Assembly: GCA_037380845.1 (NCBI GenBank)
Contig: JARRRI010000051.1
Span: 30,120-68,745, forward strand
DNA: 38,626 nt
Origin: Candidatus Sulfobium sp.
GTDB taxonomy: Bacteria; Nitrospirota; Thermodesulfovibrionia; Thermodesulfovibrionales; UBA6898
Direction of reading: 5' to 3'
Shown: positions 1-9,321 of the stretch, in pieces
Numbering within the stretch: the stretch's first letter is position 1
Layout: each line of letters starts with the position of its first letter
The notes under the pieces: model-generated
Databases searched by the model: none
Told to the model about the DNA's origin: nothing
Seen by the model: the letters and a program-made list of their open reading frames with translations, nothing else
Program-made: the position numbers and the translations under genes

Positions 1-489
1 TCGGGGCGTCTGCTTATAGGTTGTTGAAGGCTCCGAAGAGATAAATCTCCCACTTACCGGGACCCGGTTCCCCTTGGCGTACATGCATTGCACGTAGGCG
101 TTATCGTAGCGACGCTGATTTTCATAGTAAGATCCTTCGGCGTAGCCGGACCCTGCCGCACCTCCCAGGAGCAGTCCGCTTCCAGCGCCTATGGCCATGC
201 CCTCTCCCATGTGGCCCGAGGCGCTCCCGATGGCCGCTCCTGCGGCGGCGCCCAAAGCCGTGCCGACGGCCGCGCTCGTAACCGCGGACTTCCGGGCCGC
301 CTGCTGACCGGTCACTCCGCCCACCTGTTCATAAGCGAACTGCCTGCAGAAGTAGTCGTCCATGCGGAATTGATCAAAGCTCTTGTTGCTGCCCGGAAGG
401 GCCATGACGCTCGGTCCGGTCGGAAGCGTTGCACACGCCGGCAGCAATGCGACCATTATGAGGATGGAAAATATCAGTGGACGACGCAT
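1..489 (-). CDS. Glycine-zipper lipoprotein, partial (runs off the left edge; not in the ORF track)
   Basis: Manual translation from ATG at 489: MRRPLIFSILIMVALLPA-C-ATLPTGPSVMALPGSNKSFDQFRMDDYFCRQFA...VGTALGAAAGAAIG...GAGSGLLLGGAAG...QRRYDNAYVQCMYAKGNRVP. Has a lipobox LPAC, GxxxG repeats and an upstream GAGGTG RBS, and is open to position 1. Confidence 0.85.
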   Translation of the reverse strand, partial: MRRPLIFSILIMVALLPACATLPTGPSVMALPGSNKSFDQFRMDDYFCRQFAYEQVGGVTGQQAARKSAVTSAAVGTALGAAAGAAIGSASGHMGEGMAIGAGSGLLLGGAAGSGYAEGSYYENQRRYDNAYVQCMYAKGNRVPVSGRFISSEPSTTYKQTPR

Positions 490-493
490 ATCA

Positions 494-1222
494 TCACCTC
501 TCAGGCCCGGGCGGCGGCTTCGCGGGCACCGTCTGCCATCCCCCTGGGCATTTTCTGACATAAGGATAGTAAGTCTTCGAGTCGGGGCAGAAATACCAGA
601 CTCCGGAAGGTGCGGAAGAGCCCGAGGACCTGATCTGTCCGCTGTCTGACGGCGGCGTTGCAGGCACCGTCTGCCATCCCCCCGAGCATTCTTTCACATA
701 CGGGTAATAAGTCTTCGAGTCCGGGCAATAGAACCAGTCCTCCGGCCACTTGGAAGTCTGGGAGGATTCGGGTACTTCTCGCTCGATGTAACTCTGCGGA
801 GTTTGCGGCACGACTACGGAGGGGCCGTAATTGTAAGGATAGTAAGAGTAGTAAGGGTAGTACGAGTAATACGGGCCATAAGGGTAATAGGGATAATAAG
901 AATAGTAGGAATAATAAAAAGGCGACGGGTATCCCCACCAGGAGTCCCAGCCCCAGAACGGTCCGCCGATGACTACGTCGAAGTTACTCCTGAAATGGTC
1001 ATGACGGCCGCGGCCCCGGTAATAGCTGCCGTGATGCCCGCCACCCCTGTAGTAACCACCTTCGTGGCCGCCGCTGCGATAGCCACCTCCATGGCGGTCT
1101 CCGCCCCGGCTATAACCGCCGCGATGACCGCCGCTGCGCTGGGCAGCTGCAAGGCCGGACGCAAGCAGGGCGATCAACGAAACCACGACAACTAATACCA
1201 GCCTGAGCGATCTCACCGCCAC
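494..1222 (-). CDS. Secreted low-complexity Gly/Arg/His- and Tyr/Pro-rich protein with a duplicated C-terminal WxxCPDSKTYYPYVxxCxGGW module
   Basis: GTG start with GGAGGAG RBS and a signal peptide ending near AAA-Q. Contains a GGxRGG tract, a YYSYYPY tract and two Cys-pair modules. Stop lies 4 nt before the lipoprotein start, suggesting an operon. Confidence 0.85.
   Translation of the reverse strand: MAVRSLRLVLVVVVSLIALLASGLAAAQRSGGHRGGYSRGGDRHGGGYRSGGHEGGYYRGGGHHGSYYRGRGRHDHFRSNFDVVIGGPFWGWDSWWGYPSPFYYSYYSYYPYYPYGPYYSYYPYYSYYPYNYGPSVVVPQTPQSYIEREVPESSQTSKWPEDWFYCPDSKTYYPYVKECSGGWQTVPATPPSDSGQIRSSGSSAPSGVWYFCPDSKTYYPYVRKCPGGWQTVPAKPPPGPER
525..736. repeat. Intragenic direct repeat: two diverged 74-bp copies (525-598 and 663-736), period 138 bp
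   Basis: Both copies begin ggcaccgtctgccatccccc and share aagtcttcgagtc; they encode the duplicated Cys module. Confidence 0.9.
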
Positions 1223-1420
1223 TCCTCCACAATCAAATTCTACTCCAACCGCGCCTCGACTTCAACATATCGCAAATTTTTGAAGAAAGTATGAACAGCC
1301 TTCCAGGGAATTATCCCGGAGCTTCATCCTCCAGTTCACTTTTTTTGTCCTGGACACGAAATCTAATACAATGTACAAAGAGGCGGAATTGCGGCAGAAA
1401 GACAATTCAAGGAGGATTGT

Positions 1421-3460
1421 GTGAAGACATGGCCGGGACATCCATACCCTCTCGGTGCCCACTGGGACGGTTCGGGAGTCAATTTTGCCCTGTTTTCGGA
1501 GAACGCCGATGCCGTGGAGCTGTGCCTGTTTGACCCCCAGGACCCTACGAGGGAAGACCGCATACCGGTAACCGAACAGACAGACCAGGTATGGCATATC
1601 TATCTTCCGGAGGCCAGGCCCGGCTTGCTTTACGGATACAGGGTGCATGGACCGTATCAACCGAGTGAGGGCCACGACGCCGATCTTTCCAAAGACGACC
1701 GGGACAGTGCCCCTTTTTCGCCCAAATGCATGGTCATTGACCCGGCATTTGATTGGGGCGGCGATGCGCACCCCCGAACCCCCTGGGACAAGACGGTAAT
1801 TTACGAGATGCACGTCAATGCATTCACGAGGTTACATCCGAAGGTGCCTGAGGAGATCAGGGGCACTTACGAAGGCCTGTCCGGCAGGGAAGTTATTGAG
1901 TACCTGCTTGCTCTCGGGATAACGGCGGTTGAACTCATGCCGGTACACCAGTTCGTGCACGAACGCCGTCTTGTGGAGAAGGGCCTTTCCAACTACTGGG
2001 GCTACAACACGATGAGTTTTTTCGCCCCTCATGCAGATTATTCCTCCCGGGGTGATAAGGGGCAACAGGTGAAAGAGTTCAAGGCCATGGTCAAGGCCCT
2101 GCACAGTGAGGGGATCGAAGTTATTCTCGATGTTGTGTATAATCACACCGCCGAGGGCGGCCACCTCGGCCCGACCCTCAGTTTCCGTGGAATAGACAAC
2201 GCCGCATACTATCGGCTGGATCAAAAAGACAAGAGATATTATGAGGACTTCACGGGCACCGGCAATACGCTCAACATGCTCCACCCTCTCACGTTGCAGC
2301 TTATTATGGACAGTCTGCGGTACTGGGTGCTCGAGATGCATGTGGACGGTTTCAGGTTCGACCTGGCGGCGGCACTGGCGAGGGAACTACATGCGGTGGA
2401 CCGGCTGTCGTCTTTTTTCGACATCATACATCAGGACCCGGTCATTTCACAGGTGAAGCTTATTGCCGAACCGTGGGACCTCGGCGAAGGGGGTTACCAG
2501 GTCGGAAAGTTTCCGGTCCTCTGGACCGAATGGAACGGCAAATACAGGGACGCAGTCCGCCGGTACTGGAGGGGGGACGGCGGGCAGGTCGGAGACCTTG
2601 CCGACAGGATCACGGGCAGCAGCGATCTTTATGAGGAGACGGGCCGCCGCCCTTATGCGAGCATTAATTTTGTGACGGCACACGACGGTTTCAGCCTCCT
2701 TGACCTGGTGAGCTACGACCATAAGCACAACGAGGCGAACGGCGAGGAAAACCGAGACGGCATGGATGAAAACCTCAGCTGGAATTGCGGTGTGGAAGGT
2801 CCCACCGATGACCCGGAGGTTACGGAATTGCGGCGGAGGCAGCAGCGCAATTTCCTTGCTACCCTTATCTTGTCCCAGGGGGTCCCAATGATATTGTCAG
2901 GCGACGAGACAGGACATACAAGGAAGGGGAACAATAACGCATATTGTCAGGATAACGAGCTGAACTGGATCGAGTGGGGGCCGGACGCCGCGAAGGATGA
3001 GCTGTTTGAGTTTGCAAGGCTTCTGATCAGTATGCGCAGGCAGCATCCCGTCTTCAGGCGGCGTACTTTTTTCAGGGGCAGGGCGATGCGCGACCCGCAT
3101 CTCAGAGACGTGGGATGGTATCGTCCGGATGGAAAAGAGATGGCTGTCGACGACTGGAACGATTCCGATAATCACTCTCTCGGAATGTTACTGGTCGGGA
3201 ATGCCATCGATGAAGTGGACGAGCACGGCGATGTTATCGTCGACGACACAATTTTCGTTATCTTCAACTCGGGACCGGAAAACGCATCCTTCGTCCTGCC
3301 CCGGGGCCCCGCGGAAGGTGAAGCGAAATGGGAACTGATTTTTGATACGAAGGATGAGGATGGGAAACCGGAAGTCCCGGCTTTTTCGCCGGGTGAAAAC
3401 TATCGCCTAGTTCCCCGTTCCATGGCCCTGTTACGATACCGGGCGGCAGAGGTGGAATAG
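1421..3460 (+). CDS. glgX: Glycogen debranching enzyme (GH13 isoamylase type) with an apparent in-frame deletion near 1675
   Basis: PYPLGA, NFALFS, NYWGYNT, DVVYNH, GFRFDLA, IAEPWD, FVTAHDG and NNAYCQDN motifs, plus a GGAGG RBS. The usual RFNPxKLLxDPYA segment after GPYxPxxGH is absent. Confidence 0.95.
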   Translation: MKTWPGHPYPLGAHWDGSGVNFALFSENADAVELCLFDPQDPTREDRIPVTEQTDQVWHIYLPEARPGLLYGYRVHGPYQPSEGHDADLSKDDRDSAPFSPKCMVIDPAFDWGGDAHPRTPWDKTVIYEMHVNAFTRLHPKVPEEIRGTYEGLSGREVIEYLLALGITAVELMPVHQFVHERRLVEKGLSNYWGYNTMSFFAPHADYSSRGDKGQQVKEFKAMVKALHSEGIEVILDVVYNHTAEGGHLGPTLSFRGIDNAAYYRLDQKDKRYYEDFTGTGNTLNMLHPLTLQLIMDSLRYWVLEMHVDGFRFDLAAALARELHAVDRLSSFFDIIHQDPVISQVKLIAEPWDLGEGGYQVGKFPVLWTEWNGKYRDAVRRYWRGDGGQVGDLADRITGSSDLYEETGRRPYASINFVTAHDGFSLLDLVSYDHKHNEANGEENRDGMDENLSWNCGVEGPTDDPEVTELRRRQQRNFLATLILSQGVPMILSGDETGHTRKGNNNAYCQDNELNWIEWGPDAAKDELFEFARLLISMRRQHPVFRRRTFFRGRAMRDPHLRDVGWYRPDGKEMAVDDWNDSDNHSLGMLLVGNAIDEVDEHGDVIVDDTIFVIFNSGPENASFVLPRGPAEGEAKWELIFDTKDEDGKPEVPAFSPGENYRLVPRSMALLRYRAAEVE

Positions 3461-3624
3461 TATCGCGAATAATACAGTATGCGATAGTGGCCGGCCACTT
3501 GCAGCTCTGTTATCCGGATTGTTATTGCTCCCCGTTCCTGTTTTTGCTAGCATTTGATCAAGCCCGGGGCGATGAATGTTCCTGATCTGCGACAGGGGGT
3601 GTCCCTTTCAAAAGGATCGTCGGG

Positions 3625-4458
3625 ATGAAAAAACTTTACGACCAGAAGGAAGTGGCGAGGCTGACTGGTATATCCGAAAACCAGATCCGCTACTGGGACA
3701 GGATCGGTCTCATTCCACACACCGAAAAGAAGGGCCGTGTCCTGTTCTTCGATTTCAGGGCCCTGGCATCCTTCCGTACGGTAAGGGAAATGCTGAATAA
3801 GGGTATCCCCCTCAGGAGGATCAGGAAGTCTGTCGAAAAGCTGAAAAAGCTCATGCCCGGGGCGGGGAACTCTCTCAGGGAAATCTCTGTCTCCATTCAC
3901 GGCGACCAGCTCGTCATCGTCAGGAACAACAGGAGGTTTACGCCGGAAGGGCAGTTGTTCATAGATTTCAGCATGGATGCTGCTTCTCCGGTTCCGCTGC
4001 CTGTGGACGCGGCTGAAAGGCTCTTCTTCGGGGCCCTCGAGGCCGAGCAGCAGGGGGACTGGAAGGAGGCCGAAAAAGGTTACAGGGCCGTCCTCTCACA
4101 TAAACCCGGCCACGCCGATGCCATGGTGAACATGGGGAATATAAGACACAGGCTGGGACTCCGGCAGGAGGCCGAGACGCTTTACAGAAAGGCGCTCTGG
4201 ATAGACCCGGACCATATCGAGGCCAATTATAACCTCGCCAACCTGCTCGAGGAGAACGGCGATGCGAGGAATGCGGTCCTGTTTTACAAGAAGGCACTCC
4301 ATGAAGACCCGGAGTTCGCCGATGCCCACTTCAATGTGGCGCTTCTGCTTGACAGGCTTGGTGAGACGGAAGAGGCGAAGGTCCACTGGTTAAGGTACCT
4401 GGAACTTGATCCCGACGGTCAATGGGCGGAGAGTATACGGTCTCTCTTGGACAAGTAG
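3625..4458 (+). CDS. MerR-type HTH protein with C-terminal TPR repeats
   Basis: N-terminal EVARLTGISENQIRYWDRIGLI (MerR HTH). C-terminal TPR-like units include AMVNMGNI, ANYNLANLL, AHFNVALLL and YLELDP. Confidence 0.85.
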   Translation: MKKLYDQKEVARLTGISENQIRYWDRIGLIPHTEKKGRVLFFDFRALASFRTVREMLNKGIPLRRIRKSVEKLKKLMPGAGNSLREISVSIHGDQLVIVRNNRRFTPEGQLFIDFSMDAASPVPLPVDAAERLFFGALEAEQQGDWKEAEKGYRAVLSHKPGHADAMVNMGNIRHRLGLRQEAETLYRKALWIDPDHIEANYNLANLLEENGDARNAVLFYKKALHEDPEFADAHFNVALLLDRLGETEEAKVHWLRYLELDPDGQWAESIRSLLDK

Positions 4459-4559
4459 GTTATTCGTATCTGTGTTTTTGGCCGTCATTCAGGCTGCCGG
4501 AACGGCGCGAAAGTGGTGCGGGTTGCCTGTGTCAGGTCTTCTGACCGCCGTTTTCAGAC

Positions 4560-5933
4560 TTATGCAACGGTATCGATATAAGGCGTGACCTCTTTCAGCG
4601 TCTTGCTTACGATCTTTCTGCCGAAAAAACCGACCGCGACATAATGAAGGTCGAATTTGGCCAGATGTTTGAGGATGTATTTCCACGAGTAGAACCTTCC
4701 CATGCCCTTCAGAGTCTCCATCTGGAGCGTCTTCGGCGTCATCTGCGCCGGCCTGAATACCACGTGCTGCAGGTTGTACTTGCTCCAATCCTTATGCAGC
4801 AGTCTGCCGGCCTGCTCCATCTCAGCGAAGAGAGGCGTCCCGGGAAGGGGTGTGAGAGACATTATCTGGGTGGTGTCTATACCGACATTGATGGCGAAAT
4901 CGGCGGTCCTTTTTATCATATCCACGTCGTCCGAATCCGCACCCAGGACGAACATCCCGTGGATGTGGAGGCCGTGGTCCTTGACCGTCCTGACACACCT
5001 TATGATATCCTCCACCCCCTGCTTCTTGTTGTACGCCTTAAGGGTGTCCGGATTGATCGATTCGAACCCTACGTAAATGGTATGACATCCCGAATCTGCC
5101 ATCAGACGGAGAAGTTCGGTATCGTTGGCGACATCGACCCTTGTCTGGGCCGCCCACGTTGATGTCAATCCCTCGGCTATCATCCCCCTCATCAGCTCCT
5201 TGGACCGCTGTTTGTTGGCCGTGAAGTTGTCGTCGACGAAGAACTTAGTCGCCTTCGAAACCGTATTGATATATCTCAATTCCCTCAAGGTATTTTCAAC
5301 CGACTTGAACCGGTATTTCCGGCCGAACATCGTGATTACCGAGCAGAACCTGCATTCAAAGGGACAACCCCGCGAAGTTGCGACAGGATAAATTATTGAA
5401 GGCTTCCAGTTATGGACGAGAGAGAAGTCGGGGAAGGGAAGGGCGTTAAGTTCCTCCTCCCTGATGAAGTCAGGCAGCTGGTTGTGGACGAAACCGCAGT
5501 TCCTCCTGAATGACAGGCCCCTGATATCCTCTGCCGCCGGTGCCCCGGTTTCCATGTGGCGGATGAGCTGCGGGAGGGTAAAGTCCGCCTCACCCCGCAG
5601 CACAAAGTCCGAGTAATCCAGCGCCTCCTCCGGCAGAAAAGTGGGATGCACGCCACCGAGGATTACCGGTATTCCCTTTGCCCGCACCCGCTCGCCGATC
5701 CTGTAAGCCCTCAGGGCCGTGGAGGTCAAAGTGGAGATGCAGACAAGGTCGGAGCTCTCGACGAAGTCCCAGTCGGGTTTGGAGATATCTTCGATAAATG
5801 CTTTGACCTCGTATCCCTGATCCCTCAGCATGGTCGAAAGCAGGACTGTGCCTGTCCGGGCTATGTGATATTTGCGGAGCATCTGGAAACCCGCAGCGCC
5901 GGCTTCGATAAAGGAAATTCTTCTGATCTTCAT
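4560..5933 (-). CDS. B12-binding-domain radical SAM protein
   Basis: VILGGVHPT..PEE (B12-binding domain), TSRGCPFECRFC (CxxxCxxC), FFVDDNF, GFES and TPLPGTPL, with a GGAGG RBS. Confidence 0.9.
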   Translation of the reverse strand: MKIRRISFIEAGAAGFQMLRKYHIARTGTVLLSTMLRDQGYEVKAFIEDISKPDWDFVESSDLVCISTLTSTALRAYRIGERVRAKGIPVILGGVHPTFLPEEALDYSDFVLRGEADFTLPQLIRHMETGAPAAEDIRGLSFRRNCGFVHNQLPDFIREEELNALPFPDFSLVHNWKPSIIYPVATSRGCPFECRFCSVITMFGRKYRFKSVENTLRELRYINTVSKATKFFVDDNFTANKQRSKELMRGMIAEGLTSTWAAQTRVDVANDTELLRLMADSGCHTIYVGFESINPDTLKAYNKKQGVEDIIRCVRTVKDHGLHIHGMFVLGADSDDVDMIKRTADFAINVGIDTTQIMSLTPLPGTPLFAEMEQAGRLLHKDWSKYNLQHVVFRPAQMTPKTLQMETLKGMGRFYSWKYILKHLAKFDLHYVAVGFFGRKIVSKTLKEVTPYIDTVA

Positions 5934-6097
5934 TGTTCGTTACCTCCATGGTTCCGGGCCGGGCCGGACTGTTCCGGGGAAGGCAGAATTCCCGCATCCT
6001 GACGCCGGGCAAGTTTGTCCTCCCTAAATGCTATCTCAGCTGCCGGGGGACTGCAAGAGGCAGGAGAAGTAAGGTCGGCTGATGCTCACTGTTCATA

Positions 6098-6126
6098 TTG
6101 TGAGATTTTTTGAATACTGTTAGAAT
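6098..6126 (+). promoter_or_regulatory. Candidate sigma70 promoter of the polyamine operon
   Basis: TTGTGA, 17-bp spacer, TAGAAT with an extended -10 TG, about 90 bp upstream of the ATG at 6219. Confidence 0.5.
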
Positions 6127-6218
6127 GATATCACCCGATCCGGCCTTTTGCTGCAAAACCGGCTGATAATGAAGACAGAAATGTCGGAGGACGGGATCAT
6201 GGAGAGAGGAGCTTAAAA

Positions 6219-6761
6219 ATGTACATTGCCAGCAAGATGTTTCTCACGAAGGGAGTGGGGCAGAACAAGGAGAAGCTGGTCAGTTTCGAGCTGGCCTTGA
6301 GGCATGCCCGTCTGGCGCCTTATAATCTTGTCCGCGTTTCGAGCATTTTCCCTCCGAATTGCGAAATCATTTCGGTCCAGAAAGGCGTCAAGCTGCTTAC
6401 GCCCGGCCAGATCATCCATGCCGTTCTGGCTGAATCCTCTACGAACGAACGCCATCGGCTGATCGGCGCGTCGATAGGAGTGGCTATCCCCAGGGACCGT
6501 AGCAGGTTCGGATATCTCTCGGAACACCACAGCTACGGTGATGACGACCAGACGACCGGAGAGTATGCCGAAGATATCGCCGCCCAGATGCTGGCAACGA
6601 TTTTGGGAGTGGAATTTGACGTGAACGAGAGTTACAACAAGCGGCTTGACCAGTGGAAATTGAGCGACCAGATAGTCAAGACACGCAATATTACCCAGTC
6701 CAGCGTCGGCAAAGACGGGGTATGGACGACCGTTATTGCGGCCGCTGTGCTGGTCCCCTGA
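6219..6761 (+). CDS. pdaD: Pyruvoyl-dependent arginine decarboxylase
   Basis: SFELALR...YNLVRVSSIFPP contains the Ser-Ser autocleavage site; also FGYLSEHH and WTTVIAAAV. Confidence 0.92.
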   Translation: MYIASKMFLTKGVGQNKEKLVSFELALRHARLAPYNLVRVSSIFPPNCEIISVQKGVKLLTPGQIIHAVLAESSTNERHRLIGASIGVAIPRDRSRFGYLSEHHSYGDDDQTTGEYAEDIAAQMLATILGVEFDVNESYNKRLDQWKLSDQIVKTRNITQSSVGKDGVWTTVIAAAVLVP

Positions 6762-6768
6762 GGTCTGA

Positions 6769-7866
6769 GTGGACAAAAGCAGATACCTTCAGGGAAAAAA
6801 GATAAGACCGAAGCCTGTTTCGGGAGACATCTCAATCACTGAGTTGATCGACGAGACCTTCCTTGCATACAATGCCGCAAGGCTCAGGGAGGCCTGCCGC
6901 CTGTTTACCGAAAAGATGCTTGCCCCCGATGTGACGGTGGGAGTGAGTCTCACCGGGGCACTGACGCCTGCCGGACTCGGAATGTCGTCTCTTGTCCCCC
7001 TGATCAAACACGGGTTCATCGACTGGGTGGTGAGCACCGGTGCGAACCTGTACCACGATTCACATTTCGCCATCGGTTTGAGTATGTACACAGGTTCTCC
7101 TTTTCTCGACGACCGCGAACTTCGCAGGGAAGGTGTTATCAGGATATATGACGTAGTTTTCGAATACGATGTCCTCCTTTCGACCGATGCATTCTACAGA
7201 AAAGTGATACAGGCCGAAGAGTTCCAGAAGGAAATGTCCACGGCCGAGTTTCATTTCAGGGTTGGCAGGTATGTCAGGGAAAGGGAAAGGCTGGTCGGAC
7301 CGGAGGGCGTCAGCCTCCTGTCTGCGGCCCATGAGGCGGCCGTGCCGATCTATACTTCTTCTCCGGGAGACAGTTCGATAGGCATGAACATCGCTCGGGA
7401 GGCGATGGACGGAAACAGGCTGCGGATAGACATATCGAAGGATGTAAACGAAACGGCTGCAATTGTGCTCGATGCGAAAAAGAAAGGGAAGAGCGCCGTT
7501 GTCGTGCTGGGAGGCGGCTCGCCCAAGAACTTTGTCCTTCAGACAGAACCCCATATCCAGGAAATCCTGGGGATCAGGGATGCCGGCCACGATTATTTCC
7601 TCCAGGTTACCGATGCACGTCCGGATACGGGCGGGCTCTCGGGTGCGACGCCCTCGGAGGCTGTGAGCTGGGGGAAAATAGACCCGGAACAACTGCCGGA
7701 CACCGTCGTCTGCTACCTGGACACCACGGTCGCCCTGCCCCTAATTGCCGCATATGCAATAGCATCGCGGGAACCTCGCAGGCTCTCCCGGCTTTACGAC
7801 AGGAGACAGGAGTTGTACGACGCCCTGGTGTCGGAATATTCAAAGAAGAAGAACGCCGGCCAATGA
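6769..7866 (+). CDS. Deoxyhypusine-synthase-like protein (probable homospermidine synthase, SpeY type)
   Basis: [35 protein letters not shown] and [18 protein letters not shown] (catalytic Lys). Lies between pdaD and agmatinase. Confidence 0.88.
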   Translation: MDKSRYLQGKKIRPKPVSGDISITELIDETFLAYNAARLREACRLFTEKMLAPDVTVGVSLTGALTPAGLGMSSLVPLIKHGFIDWVVSTGANLYHDSHFAIGLSMYTGSPFLDDRELRREGVIRIYDVVFEYDVLLSTDAFYRKVIQAEEFQKEMSTAEFHFRVGRYVRERERLVGPEGVSLLSAAHEAAVPIYTSSPGDSSIGMNIAREAMDGNRLRIDISKDVNETAAIVLDAKKKGKSAVVVLGGGSPKNFVLQTEPHIQEILGIRDAGHDYFLQVTDARPDTGGLSGATPSEAVSWGKIDPEQLPDTVVCYLDTTVALPLIAAYAIASREPRRLSRLYDRRQELYDALVSEYSKKKNAGQ

Positions 7867-8652
7867 TTCATGCCCCTGTCAATTTCCTCGGGCTTCCTGA
7901 TGAATGGTCCGGACTGGAACGATCACGGGTTGTCATCCTGCCTCTCCCCTATGAACACACTACCAGTTACGGAAAAGGCACAGTAAGGGGGCCGGAGGAA
8001 ATACTTAAGGCATCCCGATACCTGGAGTTGTACGACGAGGAACTGGATTCCGAAGCATACCGGAGTACAAATGGAATAGCGACCTGCCCTTCTATTAACT
8101 TCGGCCCCGACTGTGTTGACTCGGAGGCGGTCGAAGCGATACGGGCGGGGGTCTCGGCACTGATCGGGCAGGGCAAGTTTGTCGTGTGTATTGGAGGAGA
8201 ACACACAGTTGCGGTAGGGGCGGCTCAGGCGCATACGCAGTTTTTTGACGATCTCACGGTCCTTCAGCTTGACGCGCACTCGGACCTAAGGCAGGAATAT
8301 GAAGAAAATCCTTACAGCCATGCGACCGTAATGGCGCGGATATACGATTTCAACAGGAACATCGTCCAGGTCGGCATACGCAGTCAGTCGGCCGAAGAGG
8401 CGACGTTCATAAAGGATAACAGTATCAATACCATTTATGACGCAGGCATAAGGCTGGGGCGTTATGACCGCGGGAAAAAACGATTTTCTCCGCAGGATTG
8501 CCGAAAACCGGCAGATAGTCGGTTTCGATGTAAACGAACTGGCCCCTGTTCCAACATTATTTCACCCGCAATTCATCGTCTCAAAGTTGATTTACAAACT
8601 CATCGGCTGTGTCTTTTCGCGCCAGTCAGGCGTCCCGAACTCTCCTGGCTGA
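7863..8652 (+). pseudogene. speB: Agmatinase, frameshifted with an internal deletion near 8480 (as assembled)
   Basis: First frame has TTSYGKGT, GGEH, QLDAHSDLR, SHA and VGIRS. The C-terminus (DFLRRIAENRQIVGFDVNELAP...KLIYKLIG) lies in the +1 frame and ends at 8652. The DxDxxDP...GTPEPGG metal-binding segment is not present in either frame. Confidence 0.85.
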
Positions 8653-8943
8653 TCGTGAGGATGCCCGGCTTGTGTTTCACGAGTTAATGCCGGCGCCGGG
8701 AAAGCATGCCTTCAGGCGGGAAATCAGAAAAGCCGTCCGCAGTCCGGAATCCCGGTTTTCCACCTTGAGCCGGACAGGAACGGTGAATAAACCGGAAACA
8801 GGCAATTAATTAATAGTTGCTTGTTCTTTCTGATTTTAAGGGCCCTGAGCGTCCTTCTTTGTAATCGCCGAAAGAACAGGACCCGCCGGACTCACGTTCT
8901 TCTGCCCGGGCAATGCACGAAAGGCGGCCCTTTGCCCTTATAT

Positions 8944-8959
8944 TGGCATCGGGATTGCA
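8944..8959 (+). promoter_or_regulatory. Sigma54 (-24/-12) promoter
   Basis: TGGCATCGGGATTGCA matches TGGCAC-N5-TTGCW with exact GG-to-GC spacing, just upstream of an AAGGAGGA RBS and the ATG at 8987. Confidence 0.75.
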
Positions 8960-8986
8960 AATACTACCTTACAAGGAGGAGAGGAT

Positions 8987-9181
8987 ATGGAAAGTCGGCG
9001 CACCAAAGAACTGATCTCCATATTGATGGAATCCCCCCTCTATACCACATTATCCGTGCAGGAACGGCGTTCTCTCGTGACCAGGCTGGTCGAGAGCTAC
9101 CCCGTTCTCCAGGAGGGGAAGGACGAAGAATATGAGATCGGCTACGAATCAAGCTGGGCCGGCATCATAGGCAAGCCCTAA
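8987..9181 (+). CDS. Small hypothetical protein (64 aa)
   Basis: Strong RBS and its own sigma54-type promoter. Amphipathic helical N-terminal half (ELISILMESPLYTTLSVQERRSLVTRL) and an acidic tail. Confidence 0.75.
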   Translation: MESRRTKELISILMESPLYTTLSVQERRSLVTRLVESYPVLQEGKDEEYEIGYESSWAGIIGKP

Positions 9182-9321
9182 AGGTTGACAGCGCCCGACT
9201 GAAGCCCTCCCAAGTTAAAGCATCAAGAATTTGGTGCCCTCTTTCGTATTCCCTTGAGTCTTGAGATGAGGTTAAGGTATGGCTGAACTTCTTCTCAGCA
9301 GTCCCAAATCTTTTTATCACT

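Noticed and set aside
88..558. 156-aa plus-strand ORF
   Set aside because: Antisense shadow of the minus-strand lipoprotein, which has the RBS, lipobox and family-like motifs.
828..920. Short-period gtaag/gtagtaa repeats resembling an array
   Set aside because: They encode the Tyr-rich tract on the minus strand; no repeat-spacer structure, so not CRISPR.
8471..8485. GGGAAAAAAC as a programmed frameshift site in speB
   Set aside because: The required shift is +1 rather than -1, and shifting would not restore the missing metal-binding segment.
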